Assembly (NCBI GenBank): GCA_001724245.1
Contig: MEDX01000012.1
Coordinates: 1-55,962 of the forward strand
Length of the DNA stretch: 55,962 bases
Direction: 5' to 3'
Source of the DNA: Fonticula-like sp. SCN 57-25
Lineage: Eukaryota
The position numbers and the translations under genes are program-made. This document shows positions 14,194-27,526 of the stretch, piece by piece. The notes below the pieces were generated by a model that saw only the letters and a program-made list of their open reading frames with translations, made no database searches and was not told the origin of the DNA. Within the stretch, counting starts at the first letter, position 1; every line of letters starts with the position of its first letter.

Positions 14194-16648
<2,455 letters not shown>

Positions 16649-17186
16649 TCAAGCGGATGCTCTTATCCCCGACTCAGCCACACACTCGCGCACGCACACA
16701 GACACACAAGTTGCCGGTCCAGCCGCCACTGTGCAAATAACAACGCTGCTGCTGCGCGCGTCCCACCAGAGACTTGGGGGGTGGCGAAATCGCACACCCG
16801 GATCTTATGTTCGCGGAATGTGATTGGCTTTGTTCGGGCCACGTGGTGGATCGATCGCCTGCAAAGGTGCTCCGTTGCAAGTGGTCTGATCTGGTCTCGA
16901 TCTCGGTCTGATTGATTAGCGCGGCGACCGCCGGTGATTATCATACTGAGCCGCATATGATTAGGGACATCTGCCGGTAATTATGCGACATGTAGCCGTC
17001 GCAGGTACCTCTGATTGGGCAGTGTGACATATTTTGGATGCTGCTTGGGCGTAGGCATAGAGATGGACACCAAATAGTCCCTGATTTATGTTCCAGATTT
17101 GGCGGGAAGAAGAGTTTTGCCGTGACAAGCAATGTTTTGCCCCGACAAGCACGCGGATGAAAATGCATTATAGTACAAAAAATGGT

Positions 17187-18841
17187 TTATGCGAGCTCTA
17201 GAAGCGAGATGGATGTGTTCCCCAGTGCGGACATGAGCGCGTCCTCCACGTGGCCAGTGAGATCTGTGTAGCGGGACGGCGAAAGGCGCCACTCGAGCTG
17301 CTGCAGGAACGTGCACGACGCGAGCGGCTGCAGGAGCGCGCGGTCCATGTGGGGAAAAAACTCGGCGTCCGGTGAGTCCTGTGCGCCATGAATAACGAGC
17401 CGCTTGATTGACGTGCACGCGCTGAGCCCCTCGGCCAGCTTGGGTGGAAGGATGCACTCGAAGAACTCGAGGACCTGGAGGGACTTTAGGCTCTTGAGCG
17501 CGCGCGCGAGCGAGTACGTGGCCTCCTCGTCCTCGAGCAGCTCCACCCCGAGGAACCGGAGCTCGAGCGAGCACAGTTGTGACAGCGTCGCGAGCTCGTC
17601 AAACTCGGCGGCGCCCCAGAGCCTGCAGGACCCGACGGACAAGCGCGAGAGGCCCGTGAGGCCGCCGAGGAAGCGCGCCGACACACACGCGCGGTCCTCC
17701 AGGTCGTGCAGCTCAAGCACGCGCAGCTGCGACAGCGAGCCGAGCTGCGAGATCGGCCCGGACATGCTGAACGGCGGCAGGTCAAAGGGGACGGGGGCGT
17801 CCACCGCCAGCTCGCGGAGCGACGAAAGGCCGCTGAGGTGGCCAATGTCGATGCACGCGTCTTCGCCCTCGTCAAGGTAGACGTCAAACGCAGCAAAAGA
17901 CTGGAGCCGCGGGGCCAGCGCGGGGACGGGGACAGCGCTGATGGCGCGCGCCGGCGGCTCGTACAGCTGCAAAGAGCGGATATGCTCCGAGCTGCCGACG
18001 GCGGAAAGCACAGACGCCCACCGCACAGGGCGCATCAGCGCGCTCGCAAAAAGTTCCACGCGCTCGCAGGAGCCGTGCGCTTGAAGGACGCGGCGGACGC
18101 AGAGCGGGGACACCTCAGAGGCGACATCAATCGAGGCGACGAGCCACTGAGACGCACGTTTAGAAATGCAGAAAGGAGCCACAAAAAAACGCGTACGAGG
18201 GATGGAAGGTGCGCAATTCGCTGCCAGCGCTTGCACACTTGAGCCGCAATAAGCAGCCCGGTTGGGCATTCAAGAAACTCAAAGATGGCCTGCAGGCAGT
18301 CGTCGGGGAGGCGATCCAGGCGCGATTCCTCGGTCAGGCCCTCTGCAAAGGTAATGCGCACTGCGGTGCGCTTGTTCGGGCTTGTTCGCCGCAGCGACCG
18401 CGGCGACGAATCAGGCATCTCAATATCTATGTGCATGTCCGGTGACTCTTCGTCCACCACGACCACCTCTTCCCCTTCGTCATGCTCATCTTGGTTGGTC
18501 CCCTCGCTCTCCGATGACGAATCAAAGTACTCGACCATCTCGTCCATATCGTCTACGTCGTCCCTTTCCGACATCGCCTTTGCATGCGCATTGTCTCGCC
18601 GTCTCTTTCTTGTCCGCGCCGCTAGCTTCGCGGCCAGCCTCCGCTTCCTCCGCGCGGCGGCCCTCGCGCGCTTCTTGGCGCGCGAACACGATACGCACTC
18701 GTAGCTAGGCAGAGCGCTCGCTTCACGTGCCAACAACCCGACGCACTTGACGTGGAACCACACGTCGCACGAGTCGCAGCACACCATCGTCCCGCCTATT
18801 CGGCGGTCCTGACAGACGCAGTACTGCCCGCCGCGCGACAT
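17187..18841 (-). CDS. PHD finger + acidic tract + F-box + LRR protein
   Basis: YCVCQ..MVCCDSCDVWFHVKCVG..YECVSC (PHD); LDRLPDDCLQAIFEFL..AAQVCKRWQ (F-box); repeated LxxLxxLxL units. One intron at about 18148-18196. Confidence 0.85.
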
Positions 18842-18920
18842 GATCCCTTTCTGGCCCCTGCGGTTGCCCGCCAAAACTACATCCACGTGGCCATTGCGGC
18901 AATCTGCGGCTCGGCATCCG

Positions 18921-21352
18921 ATGGCGGACGCAACGCAAGTGCAGGCACAGGCGCCTGGCGCGGGGCCGCTGCCTGCCGGGCAAGCAGACCGGATAGAGGA
19001 TTTTGTGCCGGAGCAGTATAAGCAGCAGCAGTCATTTCTGACGCCGTACCGATTGTGTCTGCTTTGTGCCGTCAAGGTGCTCACCGTCTATGAGCAACCG
19101 CCCGACGTTCTCCAGGGCCTGCTCGAGTTCCTCCTCCGCGCCATGAAAGTACGCTGCTCTGCGGGCCCTTTGCGCTGTTCACTGTGTATTTACATGCTTG
19201 GTAGTCTGATACAGCGTCGGCGGATACGTCCTATACTGGCTTGCTAGAGGCGATTGCCAAGGCGAGCAGCGAGGAATTTGCCTTGCTCACTGCGCGCGCG
19301 GTCGAGTCGGTCAACGACGTCCGAGGAGTGTACCGCCTCTTAGAGGAACAGAGGGAGTTGCTGGCAAGAGAAGAGGACGGGTCGTCGGCGCACCAGATCG
19401 TATGCTCACCTGCCATCGCCGCCGAGTTGCTAATGCGCTTTGGCAGTTTCCCCTCAGCACGTTTGGCATGTTTGTGCGAAACGCATACATTGCCATTTCC
19501 GGCGTGGAGTTTTCTGCTGTCGTCAAGACGTTTCTCGAGTTTGATGTGTATCGCAGCAGAACCCCGTTGCCCGCCGACCACACTTCTATGATGGCTACCG
19601 ACCAGTTTGTGCGCTCGCAGCTCAAGGACGCGGTCGGCAACAATCTGCTCCCCGCGCCCGTCGCTGCCGCCATTTCCCGCTTTGCAAAGCGCAGCCCTCG
19701 CTCGGCCAGTGTCCATCTCGCGCAGTACGCCACCGCCTCGCTGCTGTCCCGTGTCTAATGCCGCCGCGCAAGGTACTTTGCCGGTCTGCAGCAGCGCGAC
19801 TTTACCATGGCCGTAGAGGCCCTCCACCGCTTCTTTGACTACGCGGCCGGCAGCTCCGCCACGTGCGCCCAGGAATGTTTTGTTGCGTGGCTGACCTGTT
19901 GGCTGTTAGATCGATGGCGCACTACGCCGAGGCGATGATGGCGGACCTCCTCGTCCGCTTTGGCCTCGCAGATGAGGCCGTGACTCACCTGGAGGAGGCT
20001 ATACGTCACGCCCGGCTGACGGCGCATGACCCAGAGGCGCTTCGGTACTTTCAGGTGTGGCAGCGGCGCATGCTGCCGGACCACCCGGTCATGGTGGACC
20101 GCAGTACGCAGGAGGTGGCGCGACTGGAGCCGTACAGCCAGCTGCTCGAGGCTGAGCAGCGCCTCAACGCGGTCCGTTACCTGCAAACAAGCTATTGTGT
20201 ATGTGCTGACGCCGTTTGATAGGGGAGCGGGCCCTCGGTGGTCTTTGCGGCGATTGAGCAGAGCCGCCAGCTGGGCGACTCGATCATGGACCATACGGGC
20301 GCCACGCAAAAGTCACGCGTGGCCGCGGCCGCCGCGTGGGAGCTGTTTGGCTTCCACTCTTTGTCCGACCTGTACACCGAGCTGTCGCGGCCGCTACGGG
20401 GCCAGGCGAGCCCCGACAGCAACATGGACCCCGCAACGCTTGCCGCCTGGTGCGCACTAGCGGAGAAGGCGGCGGAGGATGGCGACTTTGAAACGGTCGA
20501 AAAGACGCTCGCGGCGCTTGAGAAGAACGTCCCGCGCAACGTCAGCGCGGCGCAGGTGTGGATGCGTACGAGCGCGCGCATCGATCTGGCCGCGGCGCTT
20601 TACAAGAACGACCTTGTAGCAGTCGAGCTGCTGCTAGCGACGACAGCGCAGTCGCTCGACGACGTCGAGCAGCGCTACTACTGGGCGATGTACCATGCAC
20701 GCGTCGGACGTGTGGCGGCTGCAGTGTCCGACCTGACAGCGCTTGCGGACTCGCTGCTGGCTGGCGGTTCGCCACAGCGCGCGCGAGCGTGCCCCGTGCT
20801 CCTCGCGGCAGCGTCCATCTTGTGCGACAACGGCGCGTTCGACCAGGCCCTGCGGCACATTATCCGCGTGCTGGTCGTCAGCACCGGCGTCGTTCACACA
20901 AAGTGCGCATTGGTTGTGGATAGCTTGGTTCATTTTTGCTTACTCGCGCACGGTGCAGGTGCCATCGATCGGCGCTGCTGCTCCTTGTTCGCTACCTCGT
21001 GCACATGAAGCGCGCGAATGACGGCATGGAGATCTTGGACCAGGTCTACCCCGACGTGCTGGCCAACGGGTCGCAGACGCTTGCGGCCGACGCGGCGCTC
21101 GTCTTTGCAGAGTGCAGCCTCGCCCGCTTGCAGAACCAGGACGCCTCGTGGAGTGGGCTGACGCCCGAGGCCGCCGACGACATCGCGGTCTATCTCGATA
21201 CGGCCAATGACGTGTATACAAAGCTCGAGAACCGCGCAGGGCTGCTGCGCATTAGCTGGCTGCGCGCTGCGGTTGCTGTGGCCACGGGCGTCAAGGACGA
21301 AGCCGTCGCGGAGGCAAAGCGGTTCCTCGAACGCGCCCAGTCGCTCAACTGA
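18921..21352 (+). CDS. ANAPC5: Anaphase-promoting complex subunit 5; about 6 introns
   Basis: FLTPYRL at the N-terminus, FGMFVRNAY, DFTMAVEALHRFFDY, AVTHLEEAIRHAR, then TPR-like helices. Confidence 0.8.
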
Positions 21353-21439
21353 AATCGCACATGCTTTATAATTTAAACATAGTGTACATTATCTAATAAT
21401 ACAGCATACAATTTACAGTTTATGAAATGGGCAGCATGG

Positions 21440-22546
21440 CTAGCCTCGCTTGCCCCACACCACGACCGTGCCGTCCACGGCCGCCGACACGAGCATCGCC
21501 TCGCTCGGGTGGTGGCTGATGCTCGTCACGCACGCGCGGTGCCCCTCAAAGCGGGTGACGACCTTGGACGAAACAATGTCCCACGCGTACACCTTGCCGT
21601 CCTCCGACCCGCTAAACACGTAGGCGTCGTCGCCGCTCAGGCAGCTCTGCGACTTGTACTTTTCGTTGATGTGGCCAGTAAATCTATATGTAGCAGTAAG
21701 CATGAGATGCGACGAGTGGCTGGGCGTACTTGTTGAGCTGCTCGCCCGTTTGTCTGTCAATCAAGCGCACGGAGCCGTCCATGCAGCTCAGCAGCACGCA
21801 CTTATCGTCGTGCGTTGGCTGCAGGCTCGAAATGGATTCTAAAGCAGTGTCAGCAGCTGAAGCAGGGCGCAGCCCGCCTGCGCACGCTTCACGTCGTCAA
21901 CGAGAAGCTTTCCTGTCCGTATCTCAAAGGAACGCAGGCGCCCGTCCACGCAGCCCGCCAAAATGGCATCCGACGCAAACGCCACCGACATGACATTGTC
22001 CTTGCACTCGTCCAGCTTTTGAATCGCCTCAATTGAATTGGACCTGTACGTCGTTTGTATAAGAAGCCGCGCCAAAGAGGCAATAAATAGTCAAAATACC
22101 TCAAGTCCCATATACGAACTGTCGCGTCGTTTGACCCCGACACCAAGAGCGACCCCTCGGCGTTGAAGGCGACGCTGTTCACCTTGTCCCAGTGGCCCTG
22201 AAACTTGCGCTGCACGCGCCCCGTGGCAACGTCCCACAAGTAAATAACCTTTTCTGCCCCGCAGGAGGCAAAGCGTGAATGGTCCTTGGAGACGGCTAGC
22301 CCGAGGATCTCGCGCCCGTGGCCGTCATATTCCTTCACCAGCTTGGCATTGTGCGGGTTCCAGAGCCGGACCGTTCGGTCGCTACCGCCCGTCAGGCAAT
22401 AGTTGCCGTCCGCTGCGCAAGAACAGCGTTAATATACAATACATTCTTGACTGGAGAGGCGCACAGTTGAAGACCGCAGCATGCACCGCGCCCTGATGCC
22501 CGTCGAGGCGCACAAGCATGCGCATCGCCCGCGGCCCGTCTGTCAT
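21440..22546 (-). CDS. WDR83: WD repeat protein 83 / MORG1; 4 introns
   Basis: GHQGAVHAAVFN, GNYCLTGGSDRTVRLWNP, YDGHGREILG, LWDVATG, GSEDGKVYAWD. Confidence 0.9.
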
Positions 22547-22619
22547 CGTTGCAGATTGTGATATTTACACCATAGTTGCATGCGATTTCAGGTGTGATTT
22601 TTCCACGCGACCTTGGAGG

Positions 22620-23617
22620 ATGCTGCGGGCGCTGGCATCGTCAATTAGCGGCGCGGTGAGGCTGCCGACGTTGGCGTCGCCGCTGCTGCGGGCGGCGCCT
22701 CTTGCGACTATTGCGCCTCAAAAGTGGCGGGAGATTTGTGCGTTACCCATATGCTTTTCCTGTTTGCGTGTTCTTTTTTCTCACCTTCACGGCGCAGTCC
22801 GCGATTGGGAGCCGCCGGCCATTCCCTCGACGTCGCTGGAAGCTTGGGTCCGGGATGTCCACACGGGCTCTGATGTTGGTATTGTTCAGCTGAATCGCTA
22901 CATTTTTGGCCTTCCTCTCCGTGTTGATCTTCTCCAGCGCGCTGTTCGCTGGCAGCTTTCCCGGCGCTTCAAGGGCAACCACAGCGCCAAGGATCGCGCC
23001 GAAGTGAGCGGTTCGACTCGCAAGGCGATGCCGCAGAAGCACACTGGCCGCGCGCGCGCGGGCTCTATTCGCGCGCCTCAGTTCCGTCACGGTGGTGTTG
23101 TGTTCCCGCCCAAGCCGCGGTCGCACGCCATCGACCTTCCGCGCAAGGTGCGCGAGCTGTCGCTCCGCGTGGCGCTTTCGGTTAGGTACGCCGGCGACGA
23201 CCTTGTGGTGGCCACGGATGACGCGCAGGCGCACGCCGACCACAAGACGCGCTCGATCGTTGACATTGTTCGCAAGAACGGGTGGGCGCAAAAGTCGGTT
23301 CTCCTTGTCACGGCCGGCGACAGCGTTCCCAACAGCCTCAAGCTCGCGTGCCAGTACGACGCCTTTTGTGTTCCTTTGCGACTATGTATCTGACGCGGCG
23401 CGCGCGTAGAAACCTGCACAACTTTAATGTGCTTCCGGCGCACGCACTCAATGTGCACAGCATCCTGCAGCACGACAAGCTCGTCATGACGCGCGGGGCC
23501 ATCGAAGTGATCGATGAGCGGTTCAGGCACAGGCAACGCAAGGCGAGTGCATTCACCCCCGTGACGATCACACCAAAAATGCCTTTCCACCCCTTGTACC
23601 CGCAGCAGGTCATCTAA
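22620..23617 (+). CDS. MRPL4: Mitochondrial ribosomal protein uL4m; 2 introns
   Basis: Presequence-like N-terminus; RAEVSGSTRKAMPQKHTGRARAGSIRAPQFRHGGVVFPPKPR; LNVHSILQHDKLVM. Confidence 0.93.
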
Positions 23618-24218
23618 ATGTTTTGTAATAAATAAATCACCTCTAAAGATGCCGAGGTAACGTGAAATGTATGTTTGGAAGGGATCGTGCACAAATGATC
23701 CAGGCCCGTCGGCGCAGCTGCGTGGGTGACACTATAATGAGCTTGCTCGACTCCCACAAAGAGGTGTGAATTCTTTCGCTTCATCAGATCCCGACCAAAG
23801 ATGCAGTGATTCAGTGCACCTGAGCTCGGGCGCGGATTCGACCAGTAAGTCATCTTATCAGTCGTACAGTATATGTACAGTACAGTAAATCAAACGCCAT
23901 GCAAGTGCACTTGTTGCTGGTAGACTTTCGTCCGCGTTCGCTCTACGGCAGTTCTGATGGGAGATGCAGACATGCAGACAGGGTTGTCACAATGATGTGG
24001 ATGTACGAGGTCCGTCAAACTACGGTGCCATCCACAGTGTAGTACGAGTCGTTGTTCGTTTTCATTTTATAATAGACTTTGCTTTTTTTTTGAAAAAAAG
24101 ACAATCCATGTATTGCACGCACGCGTTCACGGGCATGCTCTTATCCAGCAAGTAAGCGCGCGGGCTTGAATGACCCATTTTACGTGAATATAGCTGGAAA
24201 ATAAGCAGAAAATCCGAT

Positions 24219-24374
24219 GTCTGTCCCTGAGTCTGCTCCTGAGTCTGCCCCAGTCCGTCAGAAACGTTCCCCGATTTGTTTGGGAATCTCCCAATGACGT
24301 AATCATTGTTGGCAAGTTTGGCAGACAAGTTGGCAGACTAAAGGAAAAAGTGCGCACTTGCGAGCGCGTATAAA
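24219..24374 (+). promoter_or_regulatory. Putative promoter of the p62-like gene: repeated GTCTGC/GCAGAC motifs, CRE-like site and TATA box
   Basis: CCTGAGTCTGC twice with a 12-nt period (24226-24248), TTGGCAGAC twice (24318-24338), TGACGTAA at 24295, TATAAA at 24369-24374, about 60 nt before the ATG. Confidence 0.4.
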
Positions 24375-24431
24375 GGTGATCGCCGAACGCACTCTTGGAC
24401 GTTTCCCCTTTCGCCCTCTCCTACTGCGACC

Positions 24432-25649
24432 ATGGCGACTCTCAAGTTTGTGTTGGACGACGACGTCCGCCGCGTTGTTCTCCAGGACCAGACCGTGCCC
24501 GGTCTCGTCAGCATCGTGACCACCATCTTCCCCACCCTGAGCAACACGCCCTTCAAGCTCGCTTGGCGCGACGACGACGATGATGCAGTGTACATCGCCT
24601 GCCAGTCGGATCTGAACGAGGCGATGCGCTACGTTGCAGAGAAGGGCCTTTCGAGCCTCAAGCTCTTTGTGATCGTGAGCGGTGCCGAGAAGCCCGCGGA
24701 ATCGGCGAGCACCAGCGCCAGCAACAGCGTCGCGTCATCGACTCATCTTCCGGCCGCCGAGCCGACCCGGGCCGCCGAGCCAACCCCCGAGGCAAAGCCT
24801 GTTGCAGAGCCGGCGCCTACCCCCGTCGATGCCGCTCGTCCCGCGGCTGCCGCTCAGCCTGTCCCTCAGAAGACTGAGGAGGCCCCTCAGGCGGCCGACG
24901 GCTGCAGGGCCCACCACGGCCACCGCCGCGAGATGGAGCGCCGCTTCTGGGAGGACCCCAACGGGCCGCGGGTCCACGAGCACGGCCCGCGCCGCCGCCC
25001 GCACCACCCCCACGTCCCGAGGCCGGACCCGCAGCCGGTCTTTGGCGGCCGGTATGACGATGCCCGGTACGCGCCTCGCGAGTGGCACCGCATCCCGCAC
25101 CCCGGGATTGTCTGCGACGAGTGCCAGGGCCCCGTCATTGGCACCCGCTACAAGTGCCTCGCATGCGTCGACTTTGACCTGTGCCAGTGGTGCGAGCACC
25201 GCGTGGGCCACCCGCCGTCCCACATCCTCGCCAAGATCCGCGTGCCCATCAGCAACGGCATCTCCCGTGGGCTCGACCTGAACTGCGTCTTTGGCCTCGG
25301 GCGCGCGACGTGCGGCACCATGCCCAGGGAGGACCGCTTTGCGCAGGCCAGGAAGCACCATGAGCAGGCCGCTGCCAGCCCTCAGCCCCAGCAGGCCGCC
25401 GCACAGCCCAAGCAACCCGCTCAGCCCCAGCAACCCGCCGCCGTTCCTCAGCCCCAACAGCCCGCCGCCGTTCCTCAGCCCCAGCAGCCTCTCCAGTTCC
25501 AGCAGCAGCCCGCAAAGGACTACTCTGTGGAGCTGCAGCAGTTGGCCGAGATGGGCTTTGTTGACGCAGCGTACAACGCCGAGCTGCTCCGCAAGACCAA
25601 CGGCCGCATGGACCTCGTCGTCCAGGCGCTCGCGTCCCTCAGCATGTAG
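24432..25649 (+). CDS. p62/SQSTM1-NBR1 family selective autophagy receptor (PB1-ZZ-UBA), intronless
   Basis: PB1 (TLKF..LAWRDDDDDAVYIACQSDL), ZZ finger (HPGIVCDECQGPVIGTRYKCLACVDFDLCQWCE), C-terminal UBA (LQQLAEMGFVDAAYNAELLRKTNG). Confidence 0.88.
   Translation: MATLKFVLDDDVRRVVLQDQTVPGLVSIVTTIFPTLSNTPFKLAWRDDDDDAVYIACQSDLNEAMRYVAEKGLSSLKLFVIVSGAEKPAESASTSASNSVASSTHLPAAEPTRAAEPTPEAKPVAEPAPTPVDAARPAAAAQPVPQKTEEAPQAADGCRAHHGHRREMERRFWEDPNGPRVHEHGPRRRPHHPHVPRPDPQPVFGGRYDDARYAPREWHRIPHPGIVCDECQGPVIGTRYKCLACVDFDLCQWCEHRVGHPPSHILAKIRVPISNGISRGLDLNCVFGLGRATCGTMPREDRFAQARKHHEQAAASPQPQQAAAQPKQPAQPQQPAAVPQPQQPAAVPQPQQPLQFQQQPAKDYSVELQQLAEMGFVDAAYNAELLRKTNGRMDLVVQALASLSM
25420..25490 (+). repeat. Coding tandem repeat (27-nt unit, QPQQPAAVP) in the p62-like linker
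   Basis: Near-identical copies of CTCAGCCCCA(G/A)CA(A/G)CCCGCCGCCGTTC. Confidence 0.8.
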
Positions 25650-25879
25650 GGGCCCCGCCACGCAAGGCCCTCGTAGTTTGCGCCAATGGCCTCGCATAGC
25701 TTTCGCTGTAGCATAGTAGTGTATATAAATATATATTAAAAAATAAAACCCGCCAACAAAGCGTTCAAAAGGTTTTAAAAAGTGTTGATAATATTCATTC
25801 AAAATAATATGCGGTATAGTACTGATAATCTACATAAAAACAAAACATTAGAGAAACGGCGTCACGTGGACGGCCATGT

Positions 25880-27526
25880 CTACTTCTTGTTCTGGCGGTA
25901 GCGCTGGAGGACCTCGAGGCACTCCTTCGGGAGGCCGTCGAGGTTGGCCCAGAACGCGTCCTTGGAGCGGTCGTGGTTGGCCTTGAGGGCCTTCCAGACG
26001 GCCGAGTTGCACTTGAAGCCGGAGCCAAAGGCAATCTGCCAGACGCGGTCGCCCTTGCGGACGGTGCCAGTGTACTCAATGAAGGCGAGCTCATACCACA
26101 CGGACGAAGAGGACGTGTTGCCGACGCGGTAGAGAGTGGCGCGGGACGGAAGCACGTGCTCTGGCTTGAGCTGGAGGTTCTGCTCGAGACCATCAATGAC
26201 GGCGCGGCCACCGGCGTGGATGCAGTAGTGCTGCACGGCCTTGCGGAAGTCGGGCGTGTACGGCTTGATCTTGCGTTTGAGGCCCTTGCGCTGCACGAGG
26301 TTAACAAAGAACTTGAACTGCTCCGAGAACGGCAGGACGAGCGGGCCGAGAATGGTCAGGTTGGTCTTGAGGGCATCACCGACCGTCTTGATGAGCTCCT
26401 TGGAGAGGCGCACGCCCACGACGCCGGAGGGGTCCTCGCACTGGTAGACCGAGTTCATGGCCTCGTCCGAGGCGCCCTTGTGCACGCGGACGGTGTGGAG
26501 CAGCTGGTACTTTGCGCGGGAGGCAAACTTGGGCTTGTTCGAGAGCAGGATGGCAGCACCGCCCATGCGGAAGATGGTGTTGGACACAAGCATGTCGCGC
26601 TCGTTGCCCTTGTACCAGTTCTGCGTGATGTTCTCGGTCGAGATCACGAGGCAGTTGCTGTTGCGGTGGACCTGGAGCAGATCCTTGGCGAGGTCGATCG
26701 AGATGACACCGGCCGAGCATCCCATGCCGGCGAGGTTGTAGTTCTTCACGTCGCTGCGGAGCTTGTACTTGTTGATGACCATCGCCGAGAGCGACGGGGT
26801 CGGGTTGAAGAGCGAGCAGTTGACGACGAGGAGGTCAATGTCGCGCGGCTTCACGCCAGTCTTGGCAAAAAGCTCGTCGAGCGTGCCAGTGATCACGGTC
26901 ATGAACTCTTCGCGGGCAGAGTCCATCGAGAGGCGAAGCGGGTCAAAGGTGATGCCCGGGGGGAAGTAGGTCTCCTCACCAAGGCCCGAGCGGTGCAGAA
27001 TCTTCTCCTGGAAATCCTCGTTCTCCTTGGTGAAGAAGCCGACCTTGCGGGTGCGGTTCATGAAAAACTCCTTGGAGATCTTGAGGCTGTCGTCGGGCTG
27101 GAGGACGCTAAAGTCGACAAGGTAGACGGGGGTCGAGCTGAGGAAGTACGAGACGACGCCGGCAATGAAAAGGGTGGTGATGGAAAGCAGCACGATGACG
27201 TCCGTCTCGAGCGACGAGAGGGCCTCGCCGAGAACCTCGTAGCGCTCGCTGGCCTGCTGGCTCAGCTCCTCAAAGGCCTGGAGCAGGCGGTTCGACTGCG
27301 TCCACATGACGGCCGTAGCGACCACGACCAGGACCATGAATGTCGCATTGCGATGGAACAGCTTAAAGTGGCGGTAGCCCTTCTCGACCTCGGCGATCTC
27401 GACGGGGCGCGAGTCGCTCACGCCAAAGTAGCGGTAGTTTTGCGGACGGTAATCATCCTTCGCGGCGGTGGTGGGCGCGGCGGGCGCAGGCGTAGCCTCA
27501 GGCACGGCCGCGGTAGCTTCCGTCAT
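25880..27526 (-). CDS. KCS: FAE1-type 3-ketoacyl-CoA synthase (very-long-chain fatty acid condensing enzyme)
   Basis: Two N-terminal TM helices; NCSLFNPTPSLSAM, NLAGMGCSAG (Cys), CIHAGG (His), GNTSSSS (Asn), WQIAFGSGFKCNS. CDS intronless; 5'-UTR intron at about 27529-27598. Confidence 0.95.
   Translation of the reverse strand: MTEATAAVPEATPAPAAPTTAAKDDYRPQNYRYFGVSDSRPVEIAEVEKGYRHFKLFHRNATFMVLVVVATAVMWTQSNRLLQAFEELSQQASERYEVLGEALSSLETDVIVLLSITTLFIAGVVSYFLSSTPVYLVDFSVLQPDDSLKISKEFFMNRTRKVGFFTKENEDFQEKILHRSGLGEETYFPPGITFDPLRLSMDSAREEFMTVITGTLDELFAKTGVKPRDIDLLVVNCSLFNPTPSLSAMVINKYKLRSDVKNYNLAGMGCSAGVISIDLAKDLLQVHRNSNCLVISTENITQNWYKGNERDMLVSNTIFRMGGAAILLSNKPKFASRAKYQLLHTVRVHKGASDEAMNSVYQCEDPSGVVGVRLSKELIKTVGDALKTNLTILGPLVLPFSEQFKFFVNLVQRKGLKRKIKPYTPDFRKAVQHYCIHAGGRAVIDGLEQNLQLKPEHVLPSRATLYRVGNTSSSSVWYELAFIEYTGTVRKGDRVWQIAFGSGFKCNSAVWKALKANHDRSKDAFWANLDGLPKECLEVLQRYRQNKK

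Noticed and set aside
23775-23788. CTGATGA-AGC-GAAA on the minus strand resembling a hammerhead ribozyme core
   Set aside because: Only 3 nt separate the motifs, so stem II cannot form, and I found no matching stem I/III with a cleavage triplet.
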